Below, piece after piece: positions 29,786 to 38,234 of a stretch of DNA of 64,000 bases. Source of the stretch: Bifidobacterium breve. Lineage in GTDB: Bacteria; Myxococcota_A; UBA796; SXON01. Made by a program: the position numbers and the translations under genes. Within the stretch, counting starts at the first letter, position 1; each line of letters begins with the position of its first letter. The stretch is from positions 2,513 through 66,512 of the forward strand of contig CALQBK020000002.1 in NCBI GenBank assembly GCA_943328795.2. The letters run 5' to 3'. Below the pieces are notes generated by a model that was not told the origin of the DNA, made no database searches, and worked only from the letters and a program-made list of their open reading frames with translations.

Positions 29786-30633
29786 CACCCGCTCCTCGCT
29801 GCCTGCTGACGGACCCGCTCGAACAACAGCACGCCCGCCGTCACGCTCACGTTCAGGCTCTCGAGGCCGCCCGCGAGGGGCACCCCGACGATGTGATCGC
29901 ACCGCTTGCGCACGGGGTCGGTCAGGCCCTTGTCCTCGCCGCCGAGCACGAACGCGACGCACCCCGAGAGCGGGAGATCCCACGGCGCCGCGCCGTCCAT
30001 GTCCGCCCCGACGATCAAGAACCCGGCCCGGTGGAGCTGCGCGAGCGCGGAGCTGATCCCCTCGCGTACGACGGGCACCGCCTCCGCCCCGCCCATGCTC
30101 ACGCGGTGGACCACCGGCGTGATGCCCTTCCCGCGTTGGACCGGGATGATCACGGCGTCCACCCCGGCGCCGAGCGAAGACCGCAGGATCGCCCCCAGGT
30201 TGTGCTCGTACTGCACCTCGTCCACCAGCACGAAGCACGCGTCCCGGCCCCCGCGAATCGCCGTCTCGATCGCCTCCGAGACGGTCATCTCGGGGAACGG
30301 CTCAGCCTCGGCGATCACGCCGTTGTGCACGCCCGTCACGCTCATCCGGTCGAGCATCTGCCGGTCGACGCGTAGCACGCGCGCGCCGCCGAGCTCGATG
30401 ATCTGCCGCACCTTGTCGCCGGGATCGGCCCCGACCTTCGCGGCAGCGTCAAGCCAGATCTTTAGGACCTTCCTCCGCTTTCGGACCAGCGCCTCGAGGA
30501 CGACGTTCCGTCCTTCCAGGCGGTCCCCCGAGGGCTCAGGTGCGTTGCGCGCTCCGCCTTCGGGGCGACCACGCCCAGCGGGGGGGCGGTCGGCGGGGGC
30601 AGGCCGAGGGGGTGGGCGTCGACGATCGTGCAC
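29785..30633 (-). CDS. TrmH/SpoU-family RNA 2'-O-methyltransferase (RlmB-like)
   Basis: SpoU blocks NLGAILRS, FVLGGEDKGL, IPLAGGLESLNVSVTAGVLLFE. Pro/Arg-rich N-terminal tail; start uncertain. Confidence 0.85.
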   Translation of the reverse strand: MHDRRRPPPRPAPADRPPAGRGRPEGGARNAPEPSGDRLEGRNVVLEALVRKRRKVLKIWLDAAAKVGADPGDKVRQIIELGGARVLRVDRQMLDRMSVTGVHNGVIAEAEPFPEMTVSEAIETAIRGGRDACFVLVDEVQYEHNLGAILRSSLGAGVDAVIIPVQRGKGITPVVHRVSMGGAEAVPVVREGISSALAQLHRAGFLIVGADMDGAAPWDLPLSGCVAFVLGGEDKGLTDPVRKRCDHIVGVPLAGGLESLNVSVTAGVLLFERVRQQAARSG

Positions 30634-30669
30634 GGTAGGCGCCTAACCCACGGTGTCGTTCAAGCGGCT

Positions 30670-31662
30670 TCACACCTGGCGCGACGCGGACCGCTTGACG
30701 AGGTCGCGCAGGCTCAGGCCCTCCTTCAGGACGTAGTACGTGCCGATCGAGATGGTGAACGCGAACTGCCCCAGGTGCAGCAGGAGCGCGAACGTGCGCG
30801 CTTTGTCGCCGTCGGCGTGCAGCACGGTCAGCGCGGCGACGCACATCGCCTCGAACCCGCCGAAGAACCCTGGGGTCGGGATCGCCGCCAAGCCCGTGAG
30901 CGTGAGCGTCCACGTGAACACGACCGCGCCGAGGTCGCTCGGCAACCCCGGGAAGCTCGCCATGCTGGCCCACACCGCGATGAGCGTGAACACCCACACG
31001 AGCAAGCTAAGGCCGAGCACCCGGGCCATGTTCAAGGGGTTCACCATCAGCCGTCGCGCGCCCTCGACGAACCGCCGCACCATGAGCCCGGCGGGCAGCT
31101 TGTCGGTGTAGACGAGCGCGCGGTCGCCCGCGAGGGTCAGCGCCAGGAGCAGCGTGACGCCACCCCCTACGCTGATGCCGAACAGGCGCTGGCCAGCGGC
31201 CATGACGTCGGTCTCCGGCGTGGGCAACCACGGCGTCGGCACCATGATCCCGGCGGGCGGCAGCTCGACCATGAAGCCGACGCTGAGGAGGAACCCGAGC
31301 AGGACCAGGATGTCCGCCAGCCGCTCCATGAAGATCGCGGCGACGCCCTCCCCAAACGGGACGCCCTCGTCGGTCAAGAGCGTCGGCCGCACCAGCTCGC
31401 CCATCCGAAACGGGATGACGGTGATCGCGAGGTAGCCGATGCCGGTGATGCTCATCAGCCGCCAGAAGGGGACGGGGCGCCCGAGCAGGATGCGGGTGCG
31501 CCAGCAGCGGATCGCCTGGGTCATCCAATAGCAGCTCCACGCGAGCACGAAGCTGCGCCAGTCGAACGCCGCCAAGCTCTGCGCGGCGTCCTGGACGTCC
31601 ATGCCCCAGAGCACCGCGAGCAAGCCAGCAGCGGTCAACACGAGGACGATTGCGAGCTTCAC
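30670..31662 (-). CDS. UPF0104 / lysylphosphatidylglycerol-synthase-TM-region (flippase-like) membrane protein
   Basis: About 8 TM helices with the family pattern ...RWRTRILLG...ITGIGYLAITVIPFRMGELVRP... GTG start overlaps the upstream stop (GTGA 31659-31662). Confidence 0.78.
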   Translation of the reverse strand: MKLAIVLVLTAAGLLAVLWGMDVQDAAQSLAAFDWRSFVLAWSCYWMTQAIRCWRTRILLGRPVPFWRLMSITGIGYLAITVIPFRMGELVRPTLLTDEGVPFGEGVAAIFMERLADILVLLGFLLSVGFMVELPPAGIMVPTPWLPTPETDVMAAGQRLFGISVGGGVTLLLALTLAGDRALVYTDKLPAGLMVRRFVEGARRLMVNPLNMARVLGLSLLVWVFTLIAVWASMASFPGLPSDLGAVVFTWTLTLTGLAAIPTPGFFGGFEAMCVAALTVLHADGDKARTFALLLHLGQFAFTISIGTYYVLKEGLSLRDLVKRSASRQV

Positions 31663-32402
31663 GTGGGGGGCCTCAAAAGTTGCAAGCCCAGCAGGTCGTT
31701 CCGCAGGTCTTTCGCGTCGACGAGGCCGTACTCGGGAGGGGGTGTCGCTTGCGACACGTCAGAGCGAAACAGCAGGTCCCAGACGGGCAGGGCGTTGGCG
31801 TAGTTGCCGTCGCAGAGCTCGGCGTCGCGCACGTGGTGCCAGCTGTGGAACAGCGGGTTGTTGAACACGTAGCGGAGCCACGCGGGTCGTGGGCACCAGC
31901 GCGTGTTGCTGTGTTCGAGCGCGTCTGCGACGATGCCGGGGGTGAAGGCGACCGGGATCACCCACGAGGCCCAGCTCGACGTGTCGAGCAGCACGCCAAA
32001 GACGAGGATGGGGAGCGCCGAGAGCTGGAGAAAGTCCACGACGTGCATCCGGAACCCGGCGGTGCTGTCCAGCGTGCGGAGCGAGTGGTGGACGCGGTGA
32101 AAGGTCCACAAGAACGGGACGCGGTGGTGCGCACGGTGCAGCCAGTACCGCAAGAAGTCGATGAGCACGAACGCGAACAGGGCCTGCGCGGCGCCGCTGG
32201 GCAGCCAAGACGTCGAGAGCCAGCCCGCGCGTGCTTCGAGCACGCCGGTGAGCCCGATGCCGAGCTTGAGCAGGTACAAGCTGCCGCCGGTCACGACGTT
32301 CACAACGGAGTCCCGGTCGAGCAGCGGCCGCGGATCTCGGGGCCACGCCGCTGCGAGGACCAGCCCGAGGGCGAGGGCGACGACCTGGACGGCGATCAGC
32401 AC
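31659..32402 (-). CDS. Fatty acid hydroxylase / sterol desaturase-family membrane di-iron enzyme
   Basis: His boxes HRAHHRV, HRVHHS, SWHHV. GTG 32402 chosen because the track ORF 5' end runs through the palindromic repeat. Confidence 0.8.
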   Translation of the reverse strand: MLIAVQVVALALGLVLAAAWPRDPRPLLDRDSVVNVVTGGSLYLLKLGIGLTGVLEARAGWLSTSWLPSGAAQALFAFVLIDFLRYWLHRAHHRVPFLWTFHRVHHSLRTLDSTAGFRMHVVDFLQLSALPILVFGVLLDTSSWASWVIPVAFTPGIVADALEHSNTRWCPRPAWLRYVFNNPLFHSWHHVRDAELCDGNYANALPVWDLLFRSDVSQATPPPEYGLVDAKDLRNDLLGLQLLRPPT

Positions 32403-32412
32403 GGCTCGTCTT

Positions 32413-32459
32413 AGCCCAAAGTGTGCACGAGGCGCAGCCGCAGCGCGCAATTTGGGCGC
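32413..32459. repeat. Palindromic intergenic element, copy 2 (inverted relative to copy 1)
   Basis: aGCCCAAAgtgtgcacgaggcgcagccgcagcgcgcaaTTTGGGCGC is the reverse complement of 8378-8425 with 3 mismatches. Here it lies between divergent gene starts. Confidence 0.75.
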
Positions 32460-32536
32460 TCTCGTGCAACCGCGCCGTGGCAAAAACCGGGGCCCGGTGC
32501 CTTGGGGCGTCCTCCGCTGAGGCTATGTGAGGTCTC

Positions 32537-33199
32537 GTGCAAGGACTGATCGTCATCGAAGGGCTGATCGGGGTCGGGAAGACCACGCTCTGCCGCATCC
32601 TCGAGCGGGAGTGGGGGGCACGCTTGGTGCTGGAGCCGGCGGAGGACAACCCGTTCTTGGCCGAGTTCTACGCAGACCCCCAGCGGTTCGCGTTCCCGGC
32701 GCAGATGTTCTACCTGGCCAACCGCTACGCGCAGCAGCTCCAGGCGCGGCAGACCTCGCTGTTCCACCCGCTCACCGTCTGCGACTACTTGATGGCGAAG
32801 GACGGGATCTTCGCGGAGATGACGCTCGCGGGGCACGAGCTCACGCTCTACCAGCGGTTCGCCGGGCTGTTGGACGAGGAGCCGCTGCGGCCGGACTTCG
32901 TGGTGTTCCTGGACTCGGAGACCGAGGTCATCCGCAGCCGGATCGCGCGTCGGGGCATCCCCGCGGAGCAGGTGATCCCGGCGGCCTACCTGGACGACCT
33001 GCGCGCGCGCTACCACCGTCTCTGGGACCGGTGGACGCTCTGCCCGGTGCACGTCCTCCGCACCGATCACGTCGACTACGTGGAGCAGCCCGAGGCCCGG
33101 GCACAGGTGCTCGAGCAGATCGCCGGGTGGCTGGAAGGCAAGCCGGGCCCGGACGCCGCGGACCCGCGGCAGCCGCACCTCTTCAGGCCTCAGCCCTAG
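32537..33199 (+). CDS. Deoxynucleoside kinase family protein
   Basis: P-loop IVIEGLIGVGKTTL, EPAEDNPFL, FPAQMFYLANR, DYLMAKDGIFA, R-rich lid (IRSRIARRG). Confidence 0.88.
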   Translation: MQGLIVIEGLIGVGKTTLCRILEREWGARLVLEPAEDNPFLAEFYADPQRFAFPAQMFYLANRYAQQLQARQTSLFHPLTVCDYLMAKDGIFAEMTLAGHELTLYQRFAGLLDEEPLRPDFVVFLDSETEVIRSRIARRGIPAEQVIPAAYLDDLRARYHRLWDRWTLCPVHVLRTDHVDYVEQPEARAQVLEQIAGWLEGKPGPDAADPRQPHLFRPQP

Positions 33200-33206
33200 A
33201 CGCGCC

Positions 33207-34184
33207 CTACCGCGTCACGAACTCGAGGCAGCGGGCGCGGACGGTGGTGGTCCCGATCGCCTCGCAGAGCGCCAACGCCCGCGTGGGGTCTACCCGCTTC
33301 TGCTCGTGCGCTACGCCTTGCCGGCAGTAGTCCGCCCACGGACCGAAGCCGGCGCACGCTGCGAGGGTCCCGTCGGGGTCCCGCTCGGACCCACCCCAGC
33401 CGAGCCCGTGGTAGCACGTGCCCCGCCAGGACGCGGTGGCGCGCTCACAGGCAGCGGCGGCTTCCCCGACGTCTCGCCGCGCCAAGTACTTCGCGATCCC
33501 GTGCCAGCAGGTCTTCCGCGTGAGGTCGTCGTCCGCGTGCTCCGCCTCGCCCCGGGTGCAGAAGGCCACGCCGGCGTCTACGTCCACCAGGCTCACCTCG
33601 CCGACCACGTCGTGCCGGCAGAAGCGCTCGAAGGCCTCGGCGTGCTCACATCGACCCAGCGCGTAGTCGCTGTCCGTCTCGGCCCACGCCAGCCCGACCC
33701 CGAACCAGCACTGCCCGCGCCACTTCCTGTCCACGACCCCGGTGCAGATGCGCTCGGCCCCGGCGCGATCGGCCAGCGTGGTCGCCTCTGCTACATCGTC
33801 CACGCACTCGAGCTTTAGCTCCGGCTCGACGACCTGGTCGCACACCCCGAGCGCCCCTTGGGGATCCACGGCGGACTGTTGGCGGGCGAGCGCTTGCCAA
33901 CACACGTCTCGAACGCCCGTGGCCATGGCCGTGCAGGCCTCGAACGTGAGCCGCTCGTCGCCCTCGCCGTCCCCGCCCTCGGCGGCGGGGGCCTTGAGCC
34001 CGGCGGGCTTGGGGGGGATCGCCATCGCCTCGCTCGGGGGTGCCGCCACCGGCGTAGCGGCGACGCTCACGAGGCCGTGCGCGAGCGCCACCTGGAGGGC
34101 GAGCAGGACCGCGAACACGCAGCACACGAGCGCGGTGAACGGGAGGCTACGCACGCGGGGCGCCGATGCCGACGCTCGGCACAC
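33207..34184 (-). CDS. Hypothetical secreted Cys-repeat protein (start may be GTG 34154)
   Basis: Signal peptide LPFTALVCCVFAVLLALQVALA. At least 6 repeats of the type KWRGQCWFGVGLAW / RKTCWHGIAKY / SWRGTCYHGLGWG / WADYCRQGVAH. Confidence 0.6.
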   Translation of the reverse strand: MCRASASAPRVRSLPFTALVCCVFAVLLALQVALAHGLVSVAATPVAAPPSEAMAIPPKPAGLKAPAAEGGDGEGDERLTFEACTAMATGVRDVCWQALARQQSAVDPQGALGVCDQVVEPELKLECVDDVAEATTLADRAGAERICTGVVDRKWRGQCWFGVGLAWAETDSDYALGRCEHAEAFERFCRHDVVGEVSLVDVDAGVAFCTRGEAEHADDDLTRKTCWHGIAKYLARRDVGEAAAACERATASWRGTCYHGLGWGGSERDPDGTLAACAGFGPWADYCRQGVAHEQKRVDPTRALALCEAIGTTTVRARCLEFVTR

Positions 34185-34189
34185 CTCGC
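34164..34189 (+). repeat. 26-bp direct repeat, copy A
   Basis: CGATGCCGACGCTCGGCACACCTCGC is identical to 37503-37528. Confidence 0.9.
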
Positions 34190-34196
34190 TGCCTGG

Positions 34197-34403
34197 TCAA
34201 TCGACGTAGCCGAGATCCTGCATCCACCGCTCGTACTCCTCCTTCGGGATGTCGTTCATCGCGCGGTCGGCGAGGGCCTGCTCGTGCTGTCGTTGCCAGT
34301 ACACGCCTGCCCCAGCGGCTACGCCCGCGAGCACGAGCGCGAAGAACAGGCGACGACGGGCTTGCGGAGTGAGCTTCACGCAGGCAACATAGCCCGGACG
34401 CAT
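34197..34403 (-). CDS. Hypothetical small single-pass membrane protein (start uncertain)
   Basis: RRRLFFALVLAGVAAGAGVYW TM helix. The track start 34463 would overlap the divergent peptidase start, so ATG 34403 is preferred. Confidence 0.35.
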   Translation of the reverse strand: MRPGYVACVKLTPQARRRLFFALVLAGVAAGAGVYWQRQHEQALADRAMNDIPKEEYERWMQDLGYVD

Positions 34404-34461
34404 ACGCGGAGCCGGCGCGTTAGCGTGCTGCGCTTTCCCTCTTCGACCGATCGGAGTCCTC

Positions 34462-37400
34462 ATGAAGTCTCGTCATCTCCTCGCAATGTTCGGCCTCGGC
34501 CTCATCGGAATCCCCCTGGTCGCGATGGCAGACGTAGTGCCGAAGGCGCCGATGACCCTGGTGCTGAAGGGCTCTGACCCGGCGCTCGAGGACTACAACT
34601 TCCCCTCCGGCCTGCGCGTCGTGTTCCAAGAGGACCACACCCAGCCGGTCGTGTCGATCACGGCGGTAAACGACCGCGGATCCACGTCCGATCCCGCCGG
34701 GAAAGAGGGCATCGCGCACGTCGTCGAGCACCTGTGGTTCCGGTCTCACCAGTCGGACACCGAGGGCAAGCCGCTCCCGAAGATCTGGGACTTGCTCGAA
34801 GAGATGGGCGGCGTCATCAACGCGTTCACGGCGGATGACCTGACTTGCTACATGACTGTCGCGCCGGCCGAGCAGCTCCCGACGCTGATGGCGTTCGAGG
34901 GCATGCGCCAGCGCGGGGCGGTCACGGGGGTCGCGGCGGACGTGCTCACGGTCGAGCGCGAGGTCATCCGCAACGAGCTCCGGTTCCGGTACGAGAACGA
35001 CACCGGCGCGGTGTTCGGACAGGTGTTCACCCGCCTTTTCCCGCAGTCCCACCCCTACGGCCGCGCCGCCTACGCCGGCATCGGCAACAACGATTCGCTC
35101 AACGCCATCAGCATCGAAGACGTGCAGGCGTTCGTCAAAGAGAACTACGGCCCCGACAAGACCACGATCTTCGTCGTCGGCGACTTCAACCTCAAGGACT
35201 CCTCGAAGTACCTGAACGCCCTCGGCGCCGACCTGCTGGTCGACCCGAAGAACCCGAAGGCCGAGCTCGTCTTGAGCCCGACGCCCAACAAGCACTCGAA
35301 GGGGAAGCTCGTCGAGCCCCCCGCGCCCGTCGCTCCGATCGAAGTGAAGGGCGGGCTCCAGAAGATCGAGGTCGTCCACGGCCCGGTCAAGAAGAAGCTC
35401 GTGGTGCTCGCGTGGTCCACCCCCGGCGGGCGCGTGCTCGAGAACGACATCCTGCAGAACTTGGTGGCCAACGGGCTCCAGAACGCGATCTACCAGGAGA
35501 TCAACCCCGACTGGCAGTACGGCCGGGACAAGGATCAGAAGGCGGTCGAGTGCGGCCCGAACCCCCAGAGTGAGGGCGGCGCGGTGTTTTGCTTCATCGA
35601 GATCGCGGCGAGCGACGACGGGAAGTCGACCATCAATTCGGCGCTGGACGGGCTCTACCACCAGTGGGAACAGAGCGAGAACGAGGAGTTCCGCAAGCTG
35701 TACGAAGAATACTTCAAGCGCGGGATGCAGCAGTACCAGGCCGGGCTGCTCCAGGGCATCGACCTGATTGCGTCGCTCGGCTCGCAGCGCGTCACCGAGG
35801 CGGCGCAGTACGCCCACTACACGGGTTCGCTGCAGTACTTCTCCGACCACCTCGACGCCATCAACGGAATGTCCAGCGAGAAGGTCCGCACCTTCGCCGA
35901 GAAGTACATCACTCGGCAGCGGGCGATCGCCGTGGTCATGGCGCCGTACGAGGAGGGGGACGTCACGACCGATAGCTCCGACGCGGTGTACGCCGGGGAG
36001 CAGCGCGCCGACCGCGCCACGAGCTTGCTCGACGAGAAGATGCTCACCCCCGAGCTGCTCACGAAGACCCTCGTCATCCCGAACACCGAGAAGCTCCAGG
36101 AGACCACGCTCAAGAACGGGATGAAGCTCGTCATCCTCCCGTACAACAGCAACGGGCTCCTCGTGCAGGAGCGGCTGGTGTTCAACGGGGGCAAGAACCT
36201 CGGCATGCAGGCGAACTTCGCGGGGGCGAACACCAACAACACCTCGTACGCCGCGGTGGACGACCTCCGCGTCGCGTCGTTCGACGACTGGACCATCGAG
36301 GACACGAACACCGAGTTCACCAGCTCGGGCTCGGCCGGCAACGCCGCCGACCAGATCTACGTGCTCCGTACGCGGCTCGACGGGATGCTGCCCGACACCG
36401 ACGGCCGCATCGACTGGGTGAAGGCGCGGAAGCGCGACATCCTGGACGCGATGACCGAGGAGCAGTACTGGGCGGACAAGAAGCAGGAGGAGCTGATCTA
36501 CGGCGATCACTTCCTCGGCCGGTCCCTTGACCACGGGTCGTACGACGCGATGAACAGCTGGGGGGCCTCGCAGGTCGAGCAGTTCTGGAGCGCCGTCCTG
36601 CAGCCCAGCAATGCCACCCTGCTCGTGGTCGGCAACGTCGACGCGGCCGAGGTCAAGAAGGCCGCCGAGACCTACCTCGAGAGCTGGAAGGGGTGGCACC
36701 CGGGTAAGGCTGGCGATCTCAAGGCGACCAACCTGCTCGCCCCCCCGAACGCGCCGCCGGCCCGGACGGTGATCGTCGTCGACCGGCCGTCCGCGTCCCA
36801 GACGCAGGTCACGTACAGCTGCCAGCTCGAGCCGGTGAAGTCGGTGTCGGACCGGGCGGCGAGCCGCGTGCTGGCCGGCGTGCTCTCGCAGAAGATCTGG
36901 AACGACCTTCGTGAGAACACCGGCGCGTCCTACGGCGCGTATGCGTACGCCCAGGACTTCCAGGGTGGCACCAACGTCCTCGGGATGTCGAGCTTGGTGC
37001 AGAACAGCTTCGCGGCGATCGCCGTGAAGAACATGCTCGAGCTCCCGGAGCAGGCGCTCGGCCCGGACAAGCCCGGCGCGCCCGCGATCGACGTCTACCA
37101 GACGACGCTGGTGAAGTACGGCGAGGCCCAGCAGTACGCGAGCGGGCAGCAGTCCTCCGAGCAGATGGCGAACCGCCTGTTCGGCGTCGTCGCGCGAGGC
37201 GACACCTTCGACTACTACAAGCGCTACCGCGACGCGTTCGTCGGCGTGACCCCGAGCCAGATGAAGGCCCAGCTGCCGCGCTGTGTCGGCCACGAGGTGG
37301 TCACCGCTACCGGCCCGGCCACCGCGATCAAGCCGCTGTTCGACAAGGAAGGCATCGCCGTCACCGTGCTCGACGCCCACCAGGCGAAGCTTGACTACGC

Positions 37401-37485
37401 GGCCAAGTTCGAGCTGAAGGACATCCTCAAGGCCGAGGAGAAGCGGAAGGCCGACGAGGCCAAGAAGGCCGCGGGCGGGAAGTAG
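34462..37485 (+). CDS. M16 (pitrilysin/insulinase) family zinc metallopeptidase, about 1000 aa, secreted
   Basis: Signal peptide MKSRHLLAMFGLGLIGIPLVAMA. Inverted zinc motif HVVEHLWF (HxxEH). Repeated M16 halves. GGAG upstream. Confidence 0.92.
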   Translation: MKSRHLLAMFGLGLIGIPLVAMADVVPKAPMTLVLKGSDPALEDYNFPSGLRVVFQEDHTQPVVSITAVNDRGSTSDPAGKEGIAHVVEHLWFRSHQSDTEGKPLPKIWDLLEEMGGVINAFTADDLTCYMTVAPAEQLPTLMAFEGMRQRGAVTGVAADVLTVEREVIRNELRFRYENDTGAVFGQVFTRLFPQSHPYGRAAYAGIGNNDSLNAISIEDVQAFVKENYGPDKTTIFVVGDFNLKDSSKYLNALGADLLVDPKNPKAELVLSPTPNKHSKGKLVEPPAPVAPIEVKGGLQKIEVVHGPVKKKLVVLAWSTPGGRVLENDILQNLVANGLQNAIYQEINPDWQYGRDKDQKAVECGPNPQSEGGAVFCFIEIAASDDGKSTINSALDGLYHQWEQSENEEFRKLYEEYFKRGMQQYQAGLLQGIDLIASLGSQRVTEAAQYAHYTGSLQYFSDHLDAINGMSSEKVRTFAEKYITRQRAIAVVMAPYEEGDVTTDSSDAVYAGEQRADRATSLLDEKMLTPELLTKTLVIPNTEKLQETTLKNGMKLVILPYNSNGLLVQERLVFNGGKNLGMQANFAGANTNNTSYAAVDDLRVASFDDWTIEDTNTEFTSSGSAGNAADQIYVLRTRLDGMLPDTDGRIDWVKARKRDILDAMTEEQYWADKKQEELIYGDHFLGRSLDHGSYDAMNSWGASQVEQFWSAVLQPSNATLLVVGNVDAAEVKKAAETYLESWKGWHPGKAGDLKATNLLAPPNAPPARTVIVVDRPSASQTQVTYSCQLEPVKSVSDRAASRVLAGVLSQKIWNDLRENTGASYGAYAYAQDFQGGTNVLGMSSLVQNSFAAIAVKNMLELPEQALGPDKPGAPAIDVYQTTLVKYGEAQQYASGQQSSEQMANRLFGVVARGDTFDYYKRYRDAFVGVTPSQMKAQLPRCVGHEVVTATGPATAIKPLFDKEGIAVTVLDAHQAKLDYAAKFELKDILKAEEKRKADEAKKAAGGK

Positions 37486-37502
37486 CCGGCGCGCGAGGCC
37501 GA

Positions 37503-37534
37503 CGATGCCGACGCTCGGCACACCTCGCGTCGGC
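37503..37534 (+). repeat. 26-bp direct repeat copy B, embedded in a hairpin between convergent genes
   Basis: 37503-37528 is identical to 34164-34189. GCCGACGC(37507-37514)/GCGTCGGC(37527-37534) form an 8-bp stem 22 nt after the M16 stop. No U-tract. Confidence 0.85.
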
Positions 37535-37627
37535 ACCGGCCGTTGCTTTGCGCCGTTCCAAGGCACGGGCTTTCGCGACGACGGATGAACGGCGAGCCAC
37601 CCCCGGGTGGCTCGCTCCGTTTTGGGA

Positions 37628-38227
37628 CTAGCCCGGAGGGCGGGTCTGCTTGAACGAGTCCCGGGTCGCCCAGCGCGCCTGCGCGTCCAGCAGCGCCGGG
37701 TGCTGGACGGGCCAGGCGGCGCGGAGCTCGAACCAGTCGAGCGTGGTGACCAGGGCGATGGTGTCCAGCGAGAGCTCGGCTCCGACGCGGGCCGACTCCA
37801 CCTGCGTGATCACCCACGCCATCGCGGCGTCGATGCGCGCGCGTTGCTTTTGAAGGTAGGGCACGGACAGGTCGACCGCGTCGCGCTTCATGTAGAACAA
37901 CGCGATGCCGGCGTCGAGCGCGGCGTCGATCGCCGCGACGCGGAGGCGAGCCTCCTCGCCGGGGATGGAGAGCGAGCCTTCCCCGTTGGCGAGCGTCCCG
38001 CCGGTGCGGTGGAGGAGCGCGTGGTGGATGATCGCCGACTCCCAGAGCACCGTGCCGTCGTCGAGGCGCACGGTTGGGATCTTCCACGTGGGGGAGGCGG
38101 CCACGAGCTCGTCCTGGACGCCCGGGTCGTTGGTGTTCCGGAGCTCGAACGGCACACCGAGCTCGAGGGCGAGGATCCGCGTGCGGCGGACGTACGGGGA
38201 CGTTGGCGTCCCCCAGAGCGTGACCAT
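37628..38227 (-). CDS. Glutathione S-transferase family protein
   Basis: Thioredoxin-like N-domain SPYVRRTRILALELGVPFE...KIPTVRLDDGTVLWESAIIHHAL plus a helical C-domain. Starts 7 nt after the upstream gene's stop. Confidence 0.85.
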   Translation of the reverse strand: MVTLWGTPTSPYVRRTRILALELGVPFELRNTNDPGVQDELVAASPTWKIPTVRLDDGTVLWESAIIHHALLHRTGGTLANGEGSLSIPGEEARLRVAAIDAALDAGIALFYMKRDAVDLSVPYLQKQRARIDAAMAWVITQVESARVGAELSLDTIALVTTLDWFELRAAWPVQHPALLDAQARWATRDSFKQTRPPG

Positions 38228-38234
38228 CGCGCGC

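Noticed and set aside
34420-37566. 1048-aa ORF on the minus strand
   Set aside because: It is exactly antisense to the strongly supported M16 peptidase gene. Its composition is dominated by Arg/Gly/Leu/Val/Asp runs typical of antisense frames in high-GC DNA, and it has no recognisable domain.
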